Assembly (NCBI GenBank): GCA_965208325.1
Contig: OZ242326.1
Span: 384,001 to 448,000, forward strand
DNA from: Candidatus Poribacteria bacterium
Lineage (GTDB): Bacteria; Poribacteria; WGA-4E; PCPOR2b
Reading direction: 5' to 3'
DNA length: 64,000 nt
Each line of letters opens with the position of its first letter. The first letter of the stretch is position 1. The position numbers were made by a program, and so were the translations under genes. The notes beneath the pieces were generated by a model. The model saw only the letters and a program-made list of their open reading frames with translations. It was not told the origin of the DNA and did not search any database. Shown in pieces: positions 10,179 through 20,695 of the stretch.

Positions 10179-10410
10179 GTAGGCTGGGTTGAGCAATTTT
10201 TTCGGTACTAGTGAAAAAATGCACGAGTTTGGTCTGTTGATTGCATTGAACGCGTGTTTGCGGGAAGTGAAACGCCGCGTTTTTTGGTTTCCTGGACGCT
10301 TTAAACCGTTGGGTTTTGCTGCATCGTGCGCTTGATGAAACCATCCGGACAACTCAAACCGCATAAGGACTAGCGCGCGCTCAAAAATGTTTCCGCTCTA
10401 TCCAACCTAC
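10179..10410. repeat. REPIN-like element (inverted GTAG-family REP pair)
   Basis: GTAGGCTGGGTTGAGC (10179-10194) ... GCTCTATCCAACCTAC (10395-10410). Confidence 0.7.
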
Positions 10411-10415
10411 TAGCA

Positions 10416-12347
10416 CTACCAACCCCACTCAGTAAAATACGGGAAGATTCTGTACACATGCTGCCCGCGTATCTCGCCGAAGATTGTCCATAAACTGCCG
10501 ATAACGTGTTGGCCCAAGATTATGCCAATAAAGAACGGTACCATGCGACGATTGAGCTGAATCCCGCCGAACTTTAGAATTACCCACTTAATCAGCCACG
10601 CGGCAAAGACTGAAAACCAGATTCCGCCCATCATCCAACCGCATGCCACGGCATAACCGACGGGATGGAACGGGAATGCAAGGAATCGTTGATGCAATAG
10701 ACGAAGGACGACAGTGATACCCGCGCCCATCCCAACGTCGCGAAGCATCGGATAGTTCTGATCGCGCGGGTGTTTAATCCAACTGTCCAACATTCGGAAA
10801 CCGTTGTGGCCGATATTGTGGTAAACGTTGTCCGCGCCGAAGCGGTACATGTTGTCGAGCAGCGCCCAAAAACCGGCAAATGTGCCAACAATTGAAGCGA
10901 TAACCATTGCAATTAAGAAATGCCGGCTGCGGGCATTTAGCAGTTGCGCCATCTTGAATCCTTCAATCTGATGACCAACCGGATGGGAGCGGTATGCGCG
11001 GCACATCCAGAACAGATGGCTGAACATGGCGATATTCGTCACCCCGATACGCCGTGAGCCGAATACGTTCAATAGCATCTGATCCGGCCCCATAAACTCG
11101 GCGTCGTGTGCTGGAGGACCTATCTCGGCACGAATGCGAGCTATAGCAACGGCATAGAGAATATATACGAGTAGAAACAGAAGAACGACCCACGCGGACA
11201 TGCGGGCGTATCCGAGGAACGCCACCATAGACACGACACCAAGGACGATGCCGATGATAGCCGATCGGTAGCTCATTGCCTCGTTTGCGGCAGTTTCAGG
11301 CGTTTTGCCCCGGACAACCTCTGTGAACACTTGCTTTAGATGGTTTCGTGCAGACCACAAAGGTAAAATTGCTAAGACTATCCATGCCCCCGCAGTTTGG
11401 TAACTTCGGAATGGCCCTGGTGTTGCCCAGATGCCCACCGCATCTCAATACACTAAGTCCGCCTTCCAGAAAAGATGGAAGAACCAAGCAGAAAACGCCA
11501 GATTCAGCGGCAAGAAATAAGCCATACCGACCACGAAGGGGTAGACCGCCAACGGCAGCCAACCGACAGCATTCCACGGCTTTTCGGTGAAGAATCTGCC
11601 GAGATTGTAGATTGGCGCAAAATTCGGAGCTGCGGGCCACAAGCCGTGCAGCCCGTTGATGAGGTCAAATGCGCCGGCCAGCCCGAATCCTAGCCACAAC
11701 ATGCGGTTGGAAAGCAACCCGGTGCCGCCCTTTGCCATCTCCATCGGTAGTTGTATAACAGGATAGGCGAGTTTTTCATTTTCTGTCCACTGTTTGCGAA
11801 TGATTACGTTGATACACACAATTACGAAGAAGAGCACGATCAGAAAACTGCCCCAAGCTATAGCCGGGATTAGCCACGGCATGAAATGTTCCGAGACATA
11901 GAGAGAGGTTTCGCCGTGATGGTAACCTAGGAGCGCTGCCGGGTCGTAAACGGTTGCCCATTCGGGTACGTGTCTCCCGAAAAGCGTCATCCATTCGTTT
12001 TCTGGCGTCACAAACCAAAAACTCGTGAGGTGCTGAACCATGACGAGCAATAGGTCGTGTCCGAATATGCCGGTCGCGATGGCTGTCATCACATATATGA
12101 TGATGAGTTCTACGGGTTGAAAGGCGGCGCCGGGAGCGTATTTGTTAAGAATGGCGTTTAACACCAGCAGCAGGAATAGGGTGAACGTGACGTTGTAAAA
12201 TAGTGTGAAGAGTGTCGAAAAGACGGGCTGATAAACGGTTTCAGCGAGCGTCAGCCAATACAAATTGATAGGAATGAGGAGTGCGCCGATAATCAGTGCA
12301 CGGTATGAAATACCGGTGGGATTACGAGGGGTCGATCCAGCTTTCAA
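10416..12347 (-). pseudogene. DUF6785/DUF6784-like multi-pass membrane protein interrupted by one in-frame TGA (11445-11447)
   Basis: ORFs 11445-12347 and 10416-11438 are in the same frame (...WKADLVY*DAVGIW...). Together they align end to end with the intact paralog at 27754-29661. Confidence 0.75.
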
Positions 12348-12788
12348 ACGATCACCGGTGCGAGGGTTTTCAAACGTCTTAGCAAAAAGGAGGAATAGGA
12401 CGGAACAACGTTAAAACAATCACAATAACGGAGTGCGTCATTCTAGCACACAAGATTACACTGAACAACATGAAACAGATGTTCCATTGACCGTTCTACC
12501 GGACTATGCTAATCTGTAATTTCTGCGCTAAATGTAACCATTTATGGCTGTAGGCTGGTACGCATTCCGTTTGTTTCAGTAAAACCGAAATTCATTTTTG
12601 CTCTGCGGTAGGTTCGATTTTGCAGCCGAACCGGCATTCATCCATTCTTGTGGGTGCGGTTTGAATCCGCGCCAACCGAAACACATGCAAATACAAATGG
12701 AATTGACTGTAAATCGTAATATATTTGTTTAAATCGAATTTTCAAGGGAGAATGCTGCGCTGGAAATTCTATGACGTAGACGAATGCA

Positions 12789-13583
12789 ATGTTAATTTTC
12801 GCGCTGTTAATTGTAGTTGGAACGGGACTGCAGCGAATCAATCCCAACGCTTTGGGAGAAAGCGGATCAGGGTTACCCGACAATACACTCATCAACCTAC
12901 CGGAAGCGCGAAACGCGGCGTTTGCCGGCAAAGCTTGGGCAAACCAAGCGCAAGCCGCAGCAGCACCAAGCCTAACGCACGACTCTGACACTTGGGCGTT
13001 TGTTGTTAGCGGGCACTTACAAAGCAGTCAAAACCTGGGCGGCTATCTAGTCACGGTGCAAGATTTAACCACAGGCGATGTCATGACAGAAAGTGTGAGA
13101 GACGGCTACTTCGCCGCGGCTACAGCAAATCTCGCACGCCAAAGCGTGGTGAATGTTGGCGTCGCTTTAGAGGTCACCGTCACCGATACGACCGGCGAAA
13201 TTGCTTCGAAGCCGTTAATTTTCACGGTGACGCACAATGCGCTCCTAAACGCAGTACTTCCTTTAGTGCTTGATGGAGTAGGTGTACCGAAGCAGACGAT
13301 TTTATTGCAGAACTACCCAAACCCGTTCAACCCTGAGACATGGATACCGTATCATCTTTCCGAGGCAGGAGATGTGTCGACGACTATTTACGATACGACG
13401 GGCCAACACATTCGGATGCTATCGCTTGGCTTTCAGTCGGAGGGTTACTATCAAAGCCGTTCGCTCGCCGCCTATTGGGATGGGCGAAACGACCTCGGTG
13501 AACAAGTCTCGAGCGGGATTTACTCCTATCACTTGTCCGCCGGCGATTAAACTGCAACGCGGCGGATGGCGATTGTCAAATAG
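12789..13583 (+). pseudogene. fragment of an FlgD-Ig/T9SS-type CTD protein with premature TAA at 13548-13550
   Basis: LLQNYPNPFNPETWIPY motif. Reads ...HLSAGD*TATRRMAIVK(TAG) versus the paralog ...HLNAGSFTTAKRMVILK. The N-terminus appears truncated. Confidence 0.7.
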
Positions 13584-13607
13584 CCCATCTCGAGTTGGAA
13601 AGGCAAG

Positions 13608-14096
13608 TCAACGACCTAACTTGACTCGCGCCCACAGTGTTAGTCGTTTTAAATTTGGACGCACAGAAGACGTTTTGTCGACTGGGTGCCCCGCCTGTTC
13701 CCATGCGAAAAACCCACCCAACAGCACCGCAACATTCTCTGGATTAAAGCCAAATTTATCAATTAGCTGGCGTGCCGCACGGACACTGGTGGCTTCGGCC
13801 GGTCAGCTTCAGTAAAAAACGACAAACGGCTCATTTTTGAGCTCCTGATGCCTCGTGGAGATGTCACTAATCGGCATAGAGACGGCATTCTGAATATGCC
13901 CGTTGTCGTAGGCGCCTTTGATGCGGACATCTATAATCACGACATCATCACCTGCATCCAACCGGGCTTTGAGGTCAGCGACCGTAATTCGCTGCACATC
14001 TTCAGGAGGCGCTTGAGCGGTCGAATGTGATGCGAAAGACGTTTGAAGGAGAAGGACGGTCAACAGGAAGAAAATGCACCTATATGTTTTTTTCAT
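13608..14096 (-). CDS. secreted rhodanese-domain protein with two in-frame TGA codons (Y-U-S-U-P), putative double-selenocysteine protein, 162 aa
   Basis: Signal peptide and IIDVR...YDNGHI motif. After TAC-TGA-AGC-TGA-CCG the frame continues PAEATSVRAARQLIDKFGFNPENVAVLLGGFFAWEQAGHPV (typical rhodanese C-half) to a TGA at 13608-13610. Confidence 0.85.
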
Positions 14097-14184
14097 CGGT
14101 TTTTCTCCAAGTGTTGGGTTTTGACTTTTGTAATTTTAAGGTGTTTTTCACGCCGGTGTCAAGAGTTTTCTGACATTGGTCAAA

Positions 14185-15750
14185 TCATAGGTTTTCCATC
14201 TCACCCGTCATCAGCAGCCCAATTGCCGGCAGTTCATGTCGAAACCGTGTTGCGTCCGCCAGTCCGCCGTTGTACATCACAAAGATGCGGTCGCTGAGTG
14301 CTAGCACTTCATCTAACTCGGTGGAGATAAGCAATACGGCGCGGTGATTCCGCCGCTGCTCAAGAAGCCGCTGCTGCACATAGTCCGCCGCGCTAATGTC
14401 CAGACCGCGCGTTGGGTTGACTGCAAGCAGTAGTTCCGGTGTTTGTGAGAGTTCCCTAGCAATGAGCACCTTCTGCTGATTCCCGCCGGATAAGAATTTT
14501 ACGGGTGAGTTCCGATTAGTAGTCCGGACATCATATCCCCGGATGAGTTCATCGGCATCAGCATTGATGCGTTTTCGATCCAACAACGGGCGCCAACGTT
14601 TAAGAAATTTGGAACCGCCCATGAGGCTGGTTCGATAGTTATCAAGTTGCTGAATGTTAAGAATTAGGTTTTCCGCAACTGTGAAATCGAGAATGAGTCC
14701 GGCGTTTTGGCGATCATCGGGGATATATCCATATTTCAATCGGCGTATTTGATTCGACAATAAGTTGGTGACGAATTTCCCGTTGAATCGAATTTCACCG
14801 TTGCGCGGCATTCGCAGTCCCATAATGGTTTCTGCAAGCTCAATCTGGCCGTTGCCGTCAACGCCGGCGATTCCGACGATTTCGCCTGTATTCACCTCAA
14901 GTGAGCAACTGTTTACAGCAATCTGGCCTCGACTTCCGACGACAGTTAGGTCCCGGATTTGGAGGTGTGCGGTGCCTGAGGCGTGCGGTTCGCGTTCAAT
15001 CTGCGGCGGGTCATACCCGACCATGTGTTTCGCCAGGTCTGGCGGTGATGCGTCTGCCGCATGTGTAGTCGCGACCCGCTTGCCGCGGCGCAAGACCGTA
15101 ATTCGATCGCTAATCTCCATGACCTCTTTGAGTTTGTGGCTGATGAAGATTATCGAGTTGCCTTCTGTCTTTAGGCGCCGCAGGATGGTGAAGAGTTCGT
15201 GGGTTTCTTGGGGGGACAGGACGGATGTCGGCTCGTCAAGCACTAAAATTCGCGGCTTGATGGAATCGTCCATCGTTGGATTGACCAGTGCCTTGAGAAT
15301 TTCAACGCGTTGCTGCATCCCCACCGACAATTGCCAAATTTTGGCACGCGGTTCGATCAACAATCCATAACGGCGGGAAAGTTCAAACACTAGCGCCTCA
15401 ACCGTTCGCCGCTTTAGGCGGAATTTGCCGCGTCTGAAATTATGCGCGATGTTTTCGGCAACGCTCAACGTGGGAATTAATGCAAAGTGTTGATGAACCA
15501 TGCCTATCCCGTGTGCAATTGCCGTGTTCGGCGAATCAATTAGAACTGGCTTGCCGTCAATCCAAATCTCGCCCTCATCGGGTTGGCACAAGCCGTAAAT
15601 CGTATTCATAAGGGTCGATTTACCGGCTCCATTCTCACCGAGTACCGTGTGGACTTCACCGCGCCGTAAAGTTAGATCCACACGGTCAACGGCGAGATTG
15701 TTTCCAAATGCCTTGGTGATGCCGCGAAGCTCTAGCGCGTAAGGTGTCAA
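14185..15750 (-). CDS. ABC transporter ATP-binding protein, nucleoside/sugar (NupA/YufO-like, tandem ABC domains)
   Basis: [37 protein letters not shown] and PTRGLD. Confidence 0.92.
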   Translation of the reverse strand: MTPYALELRGITKAFGNNLAVDRVDLTLRRGEVHTVLGENGAGKSTLMNTIYGLCQPDEGEIWIDGKPVLIDSPNTAIAHGIGMVHQHFALIPTLSVAENIAHNFRRGKFRLKRRTVEALVFELSRRYGLLIEPRAKIWQLSVGMQQRVEILKALVNPTMDDSIKPRILVLDEPTSVLSPQETHELFTILRRLKTEGNSIIFISHKLKEVMEISDRITVLRRGKRVATTHAADASPPDLAKHMVGYDPPQIEREPHASGTAHLQIRDLTVVGSRGQIAVNSCSLEVNTGEIVGIAGVDGNGQIELAETIMGLRMPRNGEIRFNGKFVTNLLSNQIRRLKYGYIPDDRQNAGLILDFTVAENLILNIQQLDNYRTSLMGGSKFLKRWRPLLDRKRINADADELIRGYDVRTTNRNSPVKFLSGGNQQKVLIARELSQTPELLLAVNPTRGLDISAADYVQQRLLEQRRNHRAVLLISTELDEVLALSDRIFVMYNGGLADATRFRHELPAIGLLMTGEMENL

Positions 15751-16026
15751 ACTTACGTTCTCCCCTTTTATTTTCGGCTGAAATTCTTAACCCTGGAAGC
15801 GTTTTCTTATGCCCTATCAAACCGGATTTTGTTTCAATAATACCAGATCTGGGTATGTCCCGCTATCAAAAAGCAAGCAGGCATGGCGGTGCGATCAGTT
15901 GTGAATTAGGTGTCTTCGATTGAAAACGGATAATTTTGCAGACAAGGGTAAATTGGTACACGGTCAGCACCGTATGGGCGCCGTTGCGTTGATTCCCGAC
16001 TTCTCCAACACCATGTCCCCGCTCGG

Positions 16027-18039
16027 TTACACAACGACCAGCTTCATTCCCCAAGTTTCGACAGCGGGCAAAACAAATTTATTGTACGCTCCATCCGTCC
16101 CATGGGAGCGGATCACGGTCTTAGCGCAGTGCATGTCGAAGACGCTTATTTCCTTCGTCGTTGTATGGAGCATAAGCGAAACGTTCTCCGCCCGATCGAG
16201 GCATGAATTGGTTACCGCGAGAGCTAGTCTCTCTGTTTCGGTTGTTCTGACCCACATGTTAATTTTGTGGAAGGAACTAATATAGGCCGGCAGGGTATCT
16301 TTTGAAAGCCAGCGTAAAAGGATTTTGAGCTGAGATGATTTAGAACCGTTTTGTAAAAACTTCCACGGATAGTACCCCGCGGCACATATTCTGCCGCCGA
16401 TGTGGTTTTCAAATACGCCCATGCAGCACGGAGCGGTTTCTCGCCCTGTGTAATCCACGATTCGCGCTAGGACTTTCGCGGTTTCACTAATCGGCTTAAG
16501 AACCGCGGCGGGGGACAGCCATGGTAAGAACGATTGGCGTGCATCACGCTTGCGTCCGGCAAAGGGCGCATTTAGCGGATGATTCGTGAATTCTTCGATG
16601 CAATCCTCGTTCAGGAAACGCTCGACCTCAAATCCGGTGAACTCACCGTACCCCATTTCGTTCAGGCAGATTAAGGCTTTCGCATCCATGTAAACCCCCG
16701 AAGACAGCATTTTTAACACTTGCTCGTCACTCATGGCTAAAACGCTGCTTTCGGACAGGGCGGTCACTGAAGCGCATTCCGGTGAATAAGCTGCGGGCAA
16801 TCCAATTTCTAGCAGTTCATCCGCATGCGATGCGCAGATACTTAGGACATTGTCGGCAAGCCAATCGCCTTCTGCCAAGTTGTTCACTGCATAAACATCT
16901 TTTCCCCACCCAGTATAAATTCCTATCGGTTTTTCTCTTTTGAAATGCCTTACCAGTAAATCATAAAAAGGCCTAGTATCCCGTAGTTTTCTCAGGAGCG
17001 GCTCATACTCATCAAGAGGCTCGTCATGTTGAGATAGTACATTGAAGGCGGCGCCCGTGCAACCTGCGGCGATATGCGACGAAGCTTCCAGCGCTGTCGC
17101 GGCGGCGCTTTTCTGCAGGCGTTGATACGGAAAATTCTCTATCTCGGATTGTATTGAGATGATGCTGTTTGGAAGCATGCATACCTGTCTCCCGACATCG
17201 TGGGACTTCCCAGCTAGCCCTCTCATGTAATCATCAAAATAGAAACCGCCCCCCGGCCGCCACATGACCTCTGACCCGTGGTCGCCGGACAAGACTTCAC
17301 TCCAATGGTGGAAATCATACCCCTCAAAAAACCGATCACCCGTCATGAATCCTAGCGGCAAACTCGGCTTCACCCGATGTACTGTGTGTTCTATCAATTT
17401 AAAAAGGCGAGCGATTGTATTGCGATTATGCTGCAGCCACGCCAGGCGCACCTCCAGCTTTTTCGCGGTGGAACCAGTATTAAATGCATCTTTAAGTGTA
17501 TCCCTCGTAAACTTGACCCCAAACTCCTCTTCAAATATGAGTAGGCAATTATCGCAAAAGCAGCCGTAACCAATGGGCATATGCCCAAAGCGTACATCGT
17601 CGTCTATCCAGATATAGTCGGGATGGGCACTAGTTACAATATTGTAAAGCTGACTGATATAAGTTCTCATGCCCTCATCGTTGGGACAAAATGAACCCAA
17701 GCAGATGTTACCGTAGATGTCCGTCATGCGGGTATAATCGGCAGCAAGAGAGTTGGGCAAGTTTTCGTTGTGATGGCCAATAGTGGTGAGAATGTTGATA
17801 CCCGTTCTGTAGCCCATAGACCGCAGTTGCGCCATGCGTTCACTCAGTAATGATACGTGTTCCTCAATTGTCTCTAAATCAAGCGGTGCGTGCGTTTCCG
17901 AGGTAAAAAATGTCACCTCATCGGTGAGTCCTTTGTATTTTTCTAATAATTTAACAAGCGACTGAAAGCAGCTTTCAGGCTGCCACTGGCTTATCCCAAT
18001 TCTAAAGGAAACCACAGCGTTCTGAATTCCGGGTTCCAT
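16027..18039 (-). CDS. hypothetical glycoside-hydrolase-like protein (TIM barrel plus accessory domains)
   Basis: 670-aa ORF with CPND, YIWIDDDVR, GCFCDNC and WRPGGGFY motifs. Function is inferred loosely. Confidence 0.55.
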   Translation of the reverse strand: MEPGIQNAVVSFRIGISQWQPESCFQSLVKLLEKYKGLTDEVTFFTSETHAPLDLETIEEHVSLLSERMAQLRSMGYRTGINILTTIGHHNENLPNSLAADYTRMTDIYGNICLGSFCPNDEGMRTYISQLYNIVTSAHPDYIWIDDDVRFGHMPIGYGCFCDNCLLIFEEEFGVKFTRDTLKDAFNTGSTAKKLEVRLAWLQHNRNTIARLFKLIEHTVHRVKPSLPLGFMTGDRFFEGYDFHHWSEVLSGDHGSEVMWRPGGGFYFDDYMRGLAGKSHDVGRQVCMLPNSIISIQSEIENFPYQRLQKSAAATALEASSHIAAGCTGAAFNVLSQHDEPLDEYEPLLRKLRDTRPFYDLLVRHFKREKPIGIYTGWGKDVYAVNNLAEGDWLADNVLSICASHADELLEIGLPAAYSPECASVTALSESSVLAMSDEQVLKMLSSGVYMDAKALICLNEMGYGEFTGFEVERFLNEDCIEEFTNHPLNAPFAGRKRDARQSFLPWLSPAAVLKPISETAKVLARIVDYTGRETAPCCMGVFENHIGGRICAAGYYPWKFLQNGSKSSQLKILLRWLSKDTLPAYISSFHKINMWVRTTETERLALAVTNSCLDRAENVSLMLHTTTKEISVFDMHCAKTVIRSHGTDGAYNKFVLPAVETWGMKLVVV

Positions 18040-18528
18040 ACCAATGCCTCCCTTTCATTTGATCGCGGTTAATCGGTACAGATTACAAGGTTGTAAAGTA
18101 TAACACATCTGTTAACGCCGCGTCTTGGCAACGCCGTGTCAAAGGTTTTAAGCAATCCCGACCCTAGTTATGGAATTTCATAGCCGAACCAATAAAACAC
18201 TTGACAAAAACGGCGTAGATGAGTTATCAATATATTTGCGTTCGACCGGGGCATCACCCCATTTTTTTTGCGCGTTGCGGATGATGACTTCTTACGGAAG
18301 TGTAGTTAGTTAAAATGTTGAGCTCAATCACCCGGTGCATTGGTTGCGTATGTCAATAATTCTCGTGAAGGAACGAAACCAGAAAAAAAATGGATACACC
18401 CGCGAAATCTGAGTTTTGGGTGTAATCTTCCGATTTTTATTGGGCGTTCTAACGACTAACTATATTATCGGGACACCGCGTTCGGTCGTTCCCGCCAAAA
18501 TTTGCAAATTCGCGAGCAAAAGGCAAAA

Positions 18529-19536
18529 ATGTTATTTCCCAACCGGTACATGCGATGGATCCTGTGTCTAATGGCTCCCATTATTCTCATATCCGGCTGC
18601 GGTGAGGACGATGTTGATAGGTACGGCGGCAATCTCGCGCCAAAAATTTTTGCTTTTGAGGCAGAATCGGACATCGTTGAACCCGGTGCGCAGGTACGCA
18701 TTACACTCGACGCCCGCGATATTGAAGGGCAAAAGGTCACCGTCAGATGGGATGCAGCAGGAGGCGACATCGACGGAGACACTTTCGGCGCCGTTTGGAC
18801 TGCACCGGAACGGGAACGCAAGTATCAGATTGAAGTCAGGGTAAGCGACGGAGAAAAATCAACATCAAGCACCATAGATATCCAGGTGTGGCGGACGCGC
18901 CCCGGAGACTACTATCCGCTGGCAGTCGGGAATATATGGCGGTATCGCGACGATGAAGCCAACGAGATAATTTTTGAGATTGTGGATACAATTCAGATTC
19001 ATTTACAGGACAGTGATCCCGTAAAAAGTTTTGTGCTTGAAAAATACAGTAATGATGAGGATCTTGAAGGAATTAGCAACTTTTCCTATCTTGGCAGGCA
19101 GCTTGACGAAAATGGAGATTCTAGAGGCATTGTTCAGCACGCTCAAAATGTTACATCTGGCGGGCCGGATACGATACTCTTCGTTCCGTTCCTGCCGCTC
19201 TACAACTTTCCACTGATTCCCGGCAACACCTGGAGGACAAATTTTGAGGCGAGGTTAACTGGCGAATTGTTTCCAATTGGCGGCGGGAACGACCAGTTCG
19301 AGGTGGTATCTGAGGAGACGGTAACTGTTCCCGCAGGCACATTTGAAAATGTCTTTCAAGTTCAGGAGACGTTTAAGTGGAGCATTTTTGAACAGGATCT
19401 TGATACAACAATCGCCCAGAAGTGGCTCGCACCTGGTGTTGGTATAATTAAATTCACGCAGTCTCAGACTCGTGCCGGTGTAACCGTTGAAGTTGAATTT
19501 GAACTAGAGTCTTTTGAATTGGCGACTGATGATTGA
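18529..19536 (+). CDS. lipoprotein with Ig-like domain and a YYPLAVGN/TVPAGTF domain
   Basis: ISGC lipobox, WTAP Ig-like segment, DYYPLAVGNIWRY, ETVTVPAGTFENV and WLAPGVGIIK. Start uncertain (18502 or 18529). Confidence 0.7.
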   Translation: MLFPNRYMRWILCLMAPIILISGCGEDDVDRYGGNLAPKIFAFEAESDIVEPGAQVRITLDARDIEGQKVTVRWDAAGGDIDGDTFGAVWTAPERERKYQIEVRVSDGEKSTSSTIDIQVWRTRPGDYYPLAVGNIWRYRDDEANEIIFEIVDTIQIHLQDSDPVKSFVLEKYSNDEDLEGISNFSYLGRQLDENGDSRGIVQHAQNVTSGGPDTILFVPFLPLYNFPLIPGNTWRTNFEARLTGELFPIGGGNDQFEVVSEETVTVPAGTFENVFQVQETFKWSIFEQDLDTTIAQKWLAPGVGIIKFTQSQTRAGVTVEVEFELESFELATDD

Positions 19537-20635
19537 AAAGCTAAGTGTAATTCTAATGCGAACAACGCATGCAGAATCAACGCGCCGCAAATTGCGCGGC
19601 AAGCAACACGAACCGCGTTTATTCGCGCGGCTGGGTGCTATCGTTGTTTTGGTTACGCTCTTGAGTTGGTCAGCAGCCGAGTCGGCAAGCAAATATGCCG
19701 GCGATTTCTTGACACTGGGCGTAGGTGCGCGGCCGTTAGGCATGGGCGGCAGCTTCGCGGCAATTGCGGATGATTCCACCGCAGCTTACTGGAATCCCGC
19801 GGGACTCGGGCGGTTGCGCCACTCCGAAATCGCTTTTATGCATTCCAGCCTCGGTGAGCTAGATAGCTACGATTTCGTCAATTACATCCATCCGCTCCGT
19901 GATAGTGAATCCATCGGACTCAGTTGGTTGCGCGTTGGCATTGATGACATACCAATAACGAGCTTAAGAGTTGCGTCCAGGTCGATAGGTCCGACCAACC
20001 GCCCTGAAATTAAGGGAACTTTCAGCAACACTAACAACGCTTTCTTATTGTCCTACGGCAGACGTATCGGTTTTGACTTATCATCGAAGCGGATAGATTT
20101 ACTCGTCGGCGGTAATGCCAAGTTACTTTACATTTCTGCGTTAGGAAATAGAAATGCGCTCGGGGTAGGGGGGGATGCCAGCTTGCTCTGGACGTCAGAC
20201 CTTCAACGTGCGCGCCGGTTTTCGATTGGCGTTGTCGCGCAAGATTTCTTTAAGACAAAATTATACTGGAACAATCCGCCTGAACATCCGGATCAGGCTG
20301 CGAACACTGATACAATCAATCCGAATCTTAAGTTTGGTGTCTCGTTCGGGCAAGATATCGCGCCGCTAAATAGCCGCGTGTTGTTGACAATTGATACCGA
20401 CAGCTTATACGCCTTTGAGATGCACTACGGCGCGGAGTATGTTTTCGCCAATCTTCTGTCGCTCAGGGCCGGCGTACAGGAGCGCAAAGGTATAAACACC
20501 CTTCGGCTGATGACAGCGGGTGCAGGTTTCCGGCTCTCTTTCTTGACAGGGGCGGCCTTCTCCATTGATTATGCGTTTCTCGGCAACGATGAACTCGGCA
20601 ATAGCAATCGAATTTCGCTGATGACAAGGTTCTAG
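19514..20635 (+). CDS. PorV/PorQ (UPF0164) family outer-membrane beta-barrel
   Basis: AGDFLTLGVGARPLGMGG, DDSTAAYWNPAGL, IDYAF and a terminal F. The true start is probably downstream of 19514. Confidence 0.85.
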   Translation: MNWRLMIEKLSVILMRTTHAESTRRKLRGKQHEPRLFARLGAIVVLVTLLSWSAAESASKYAGDFLTLGVGARPLGMGGSFAAIADDSTAAYWNPAGLGRLRHSEIAFMHSSLGELDSYDFVNYIHPLRDSESIGLSWLRVGIDDIPITSLRVASRSIGPTNRPEIKGTFSNTNNAFLLSYGRRIGFDLSSKRIDLLVGGNAKLLYISALGNRNALGVGGDASLLWTSDLQRARRFSIGVVAQDFFKTKLYWNNPPEHPDQAANTDTINPNLKFGVSFGQDIAPLNSRVLLTIDTDSLYAFEMHYGAEYVFANLLSLRAGVQERKGINTLRLMTAGAGFRLSFLTGAAFSIDYAFLGNDELGNSNRISLMTRF

Positions 20636-20695
20636 GGGCGTCAAGCAAGCGTCATCTACCGCTATTGGCGGTTGCGATTGCGGTTTTCGATATGT

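Noticed and set aside
12605..12680. tRNA-like GGTTCGA/GAATCC motifs
   Set aside because: No cloverleaf; these look like short REP-type hairpins.
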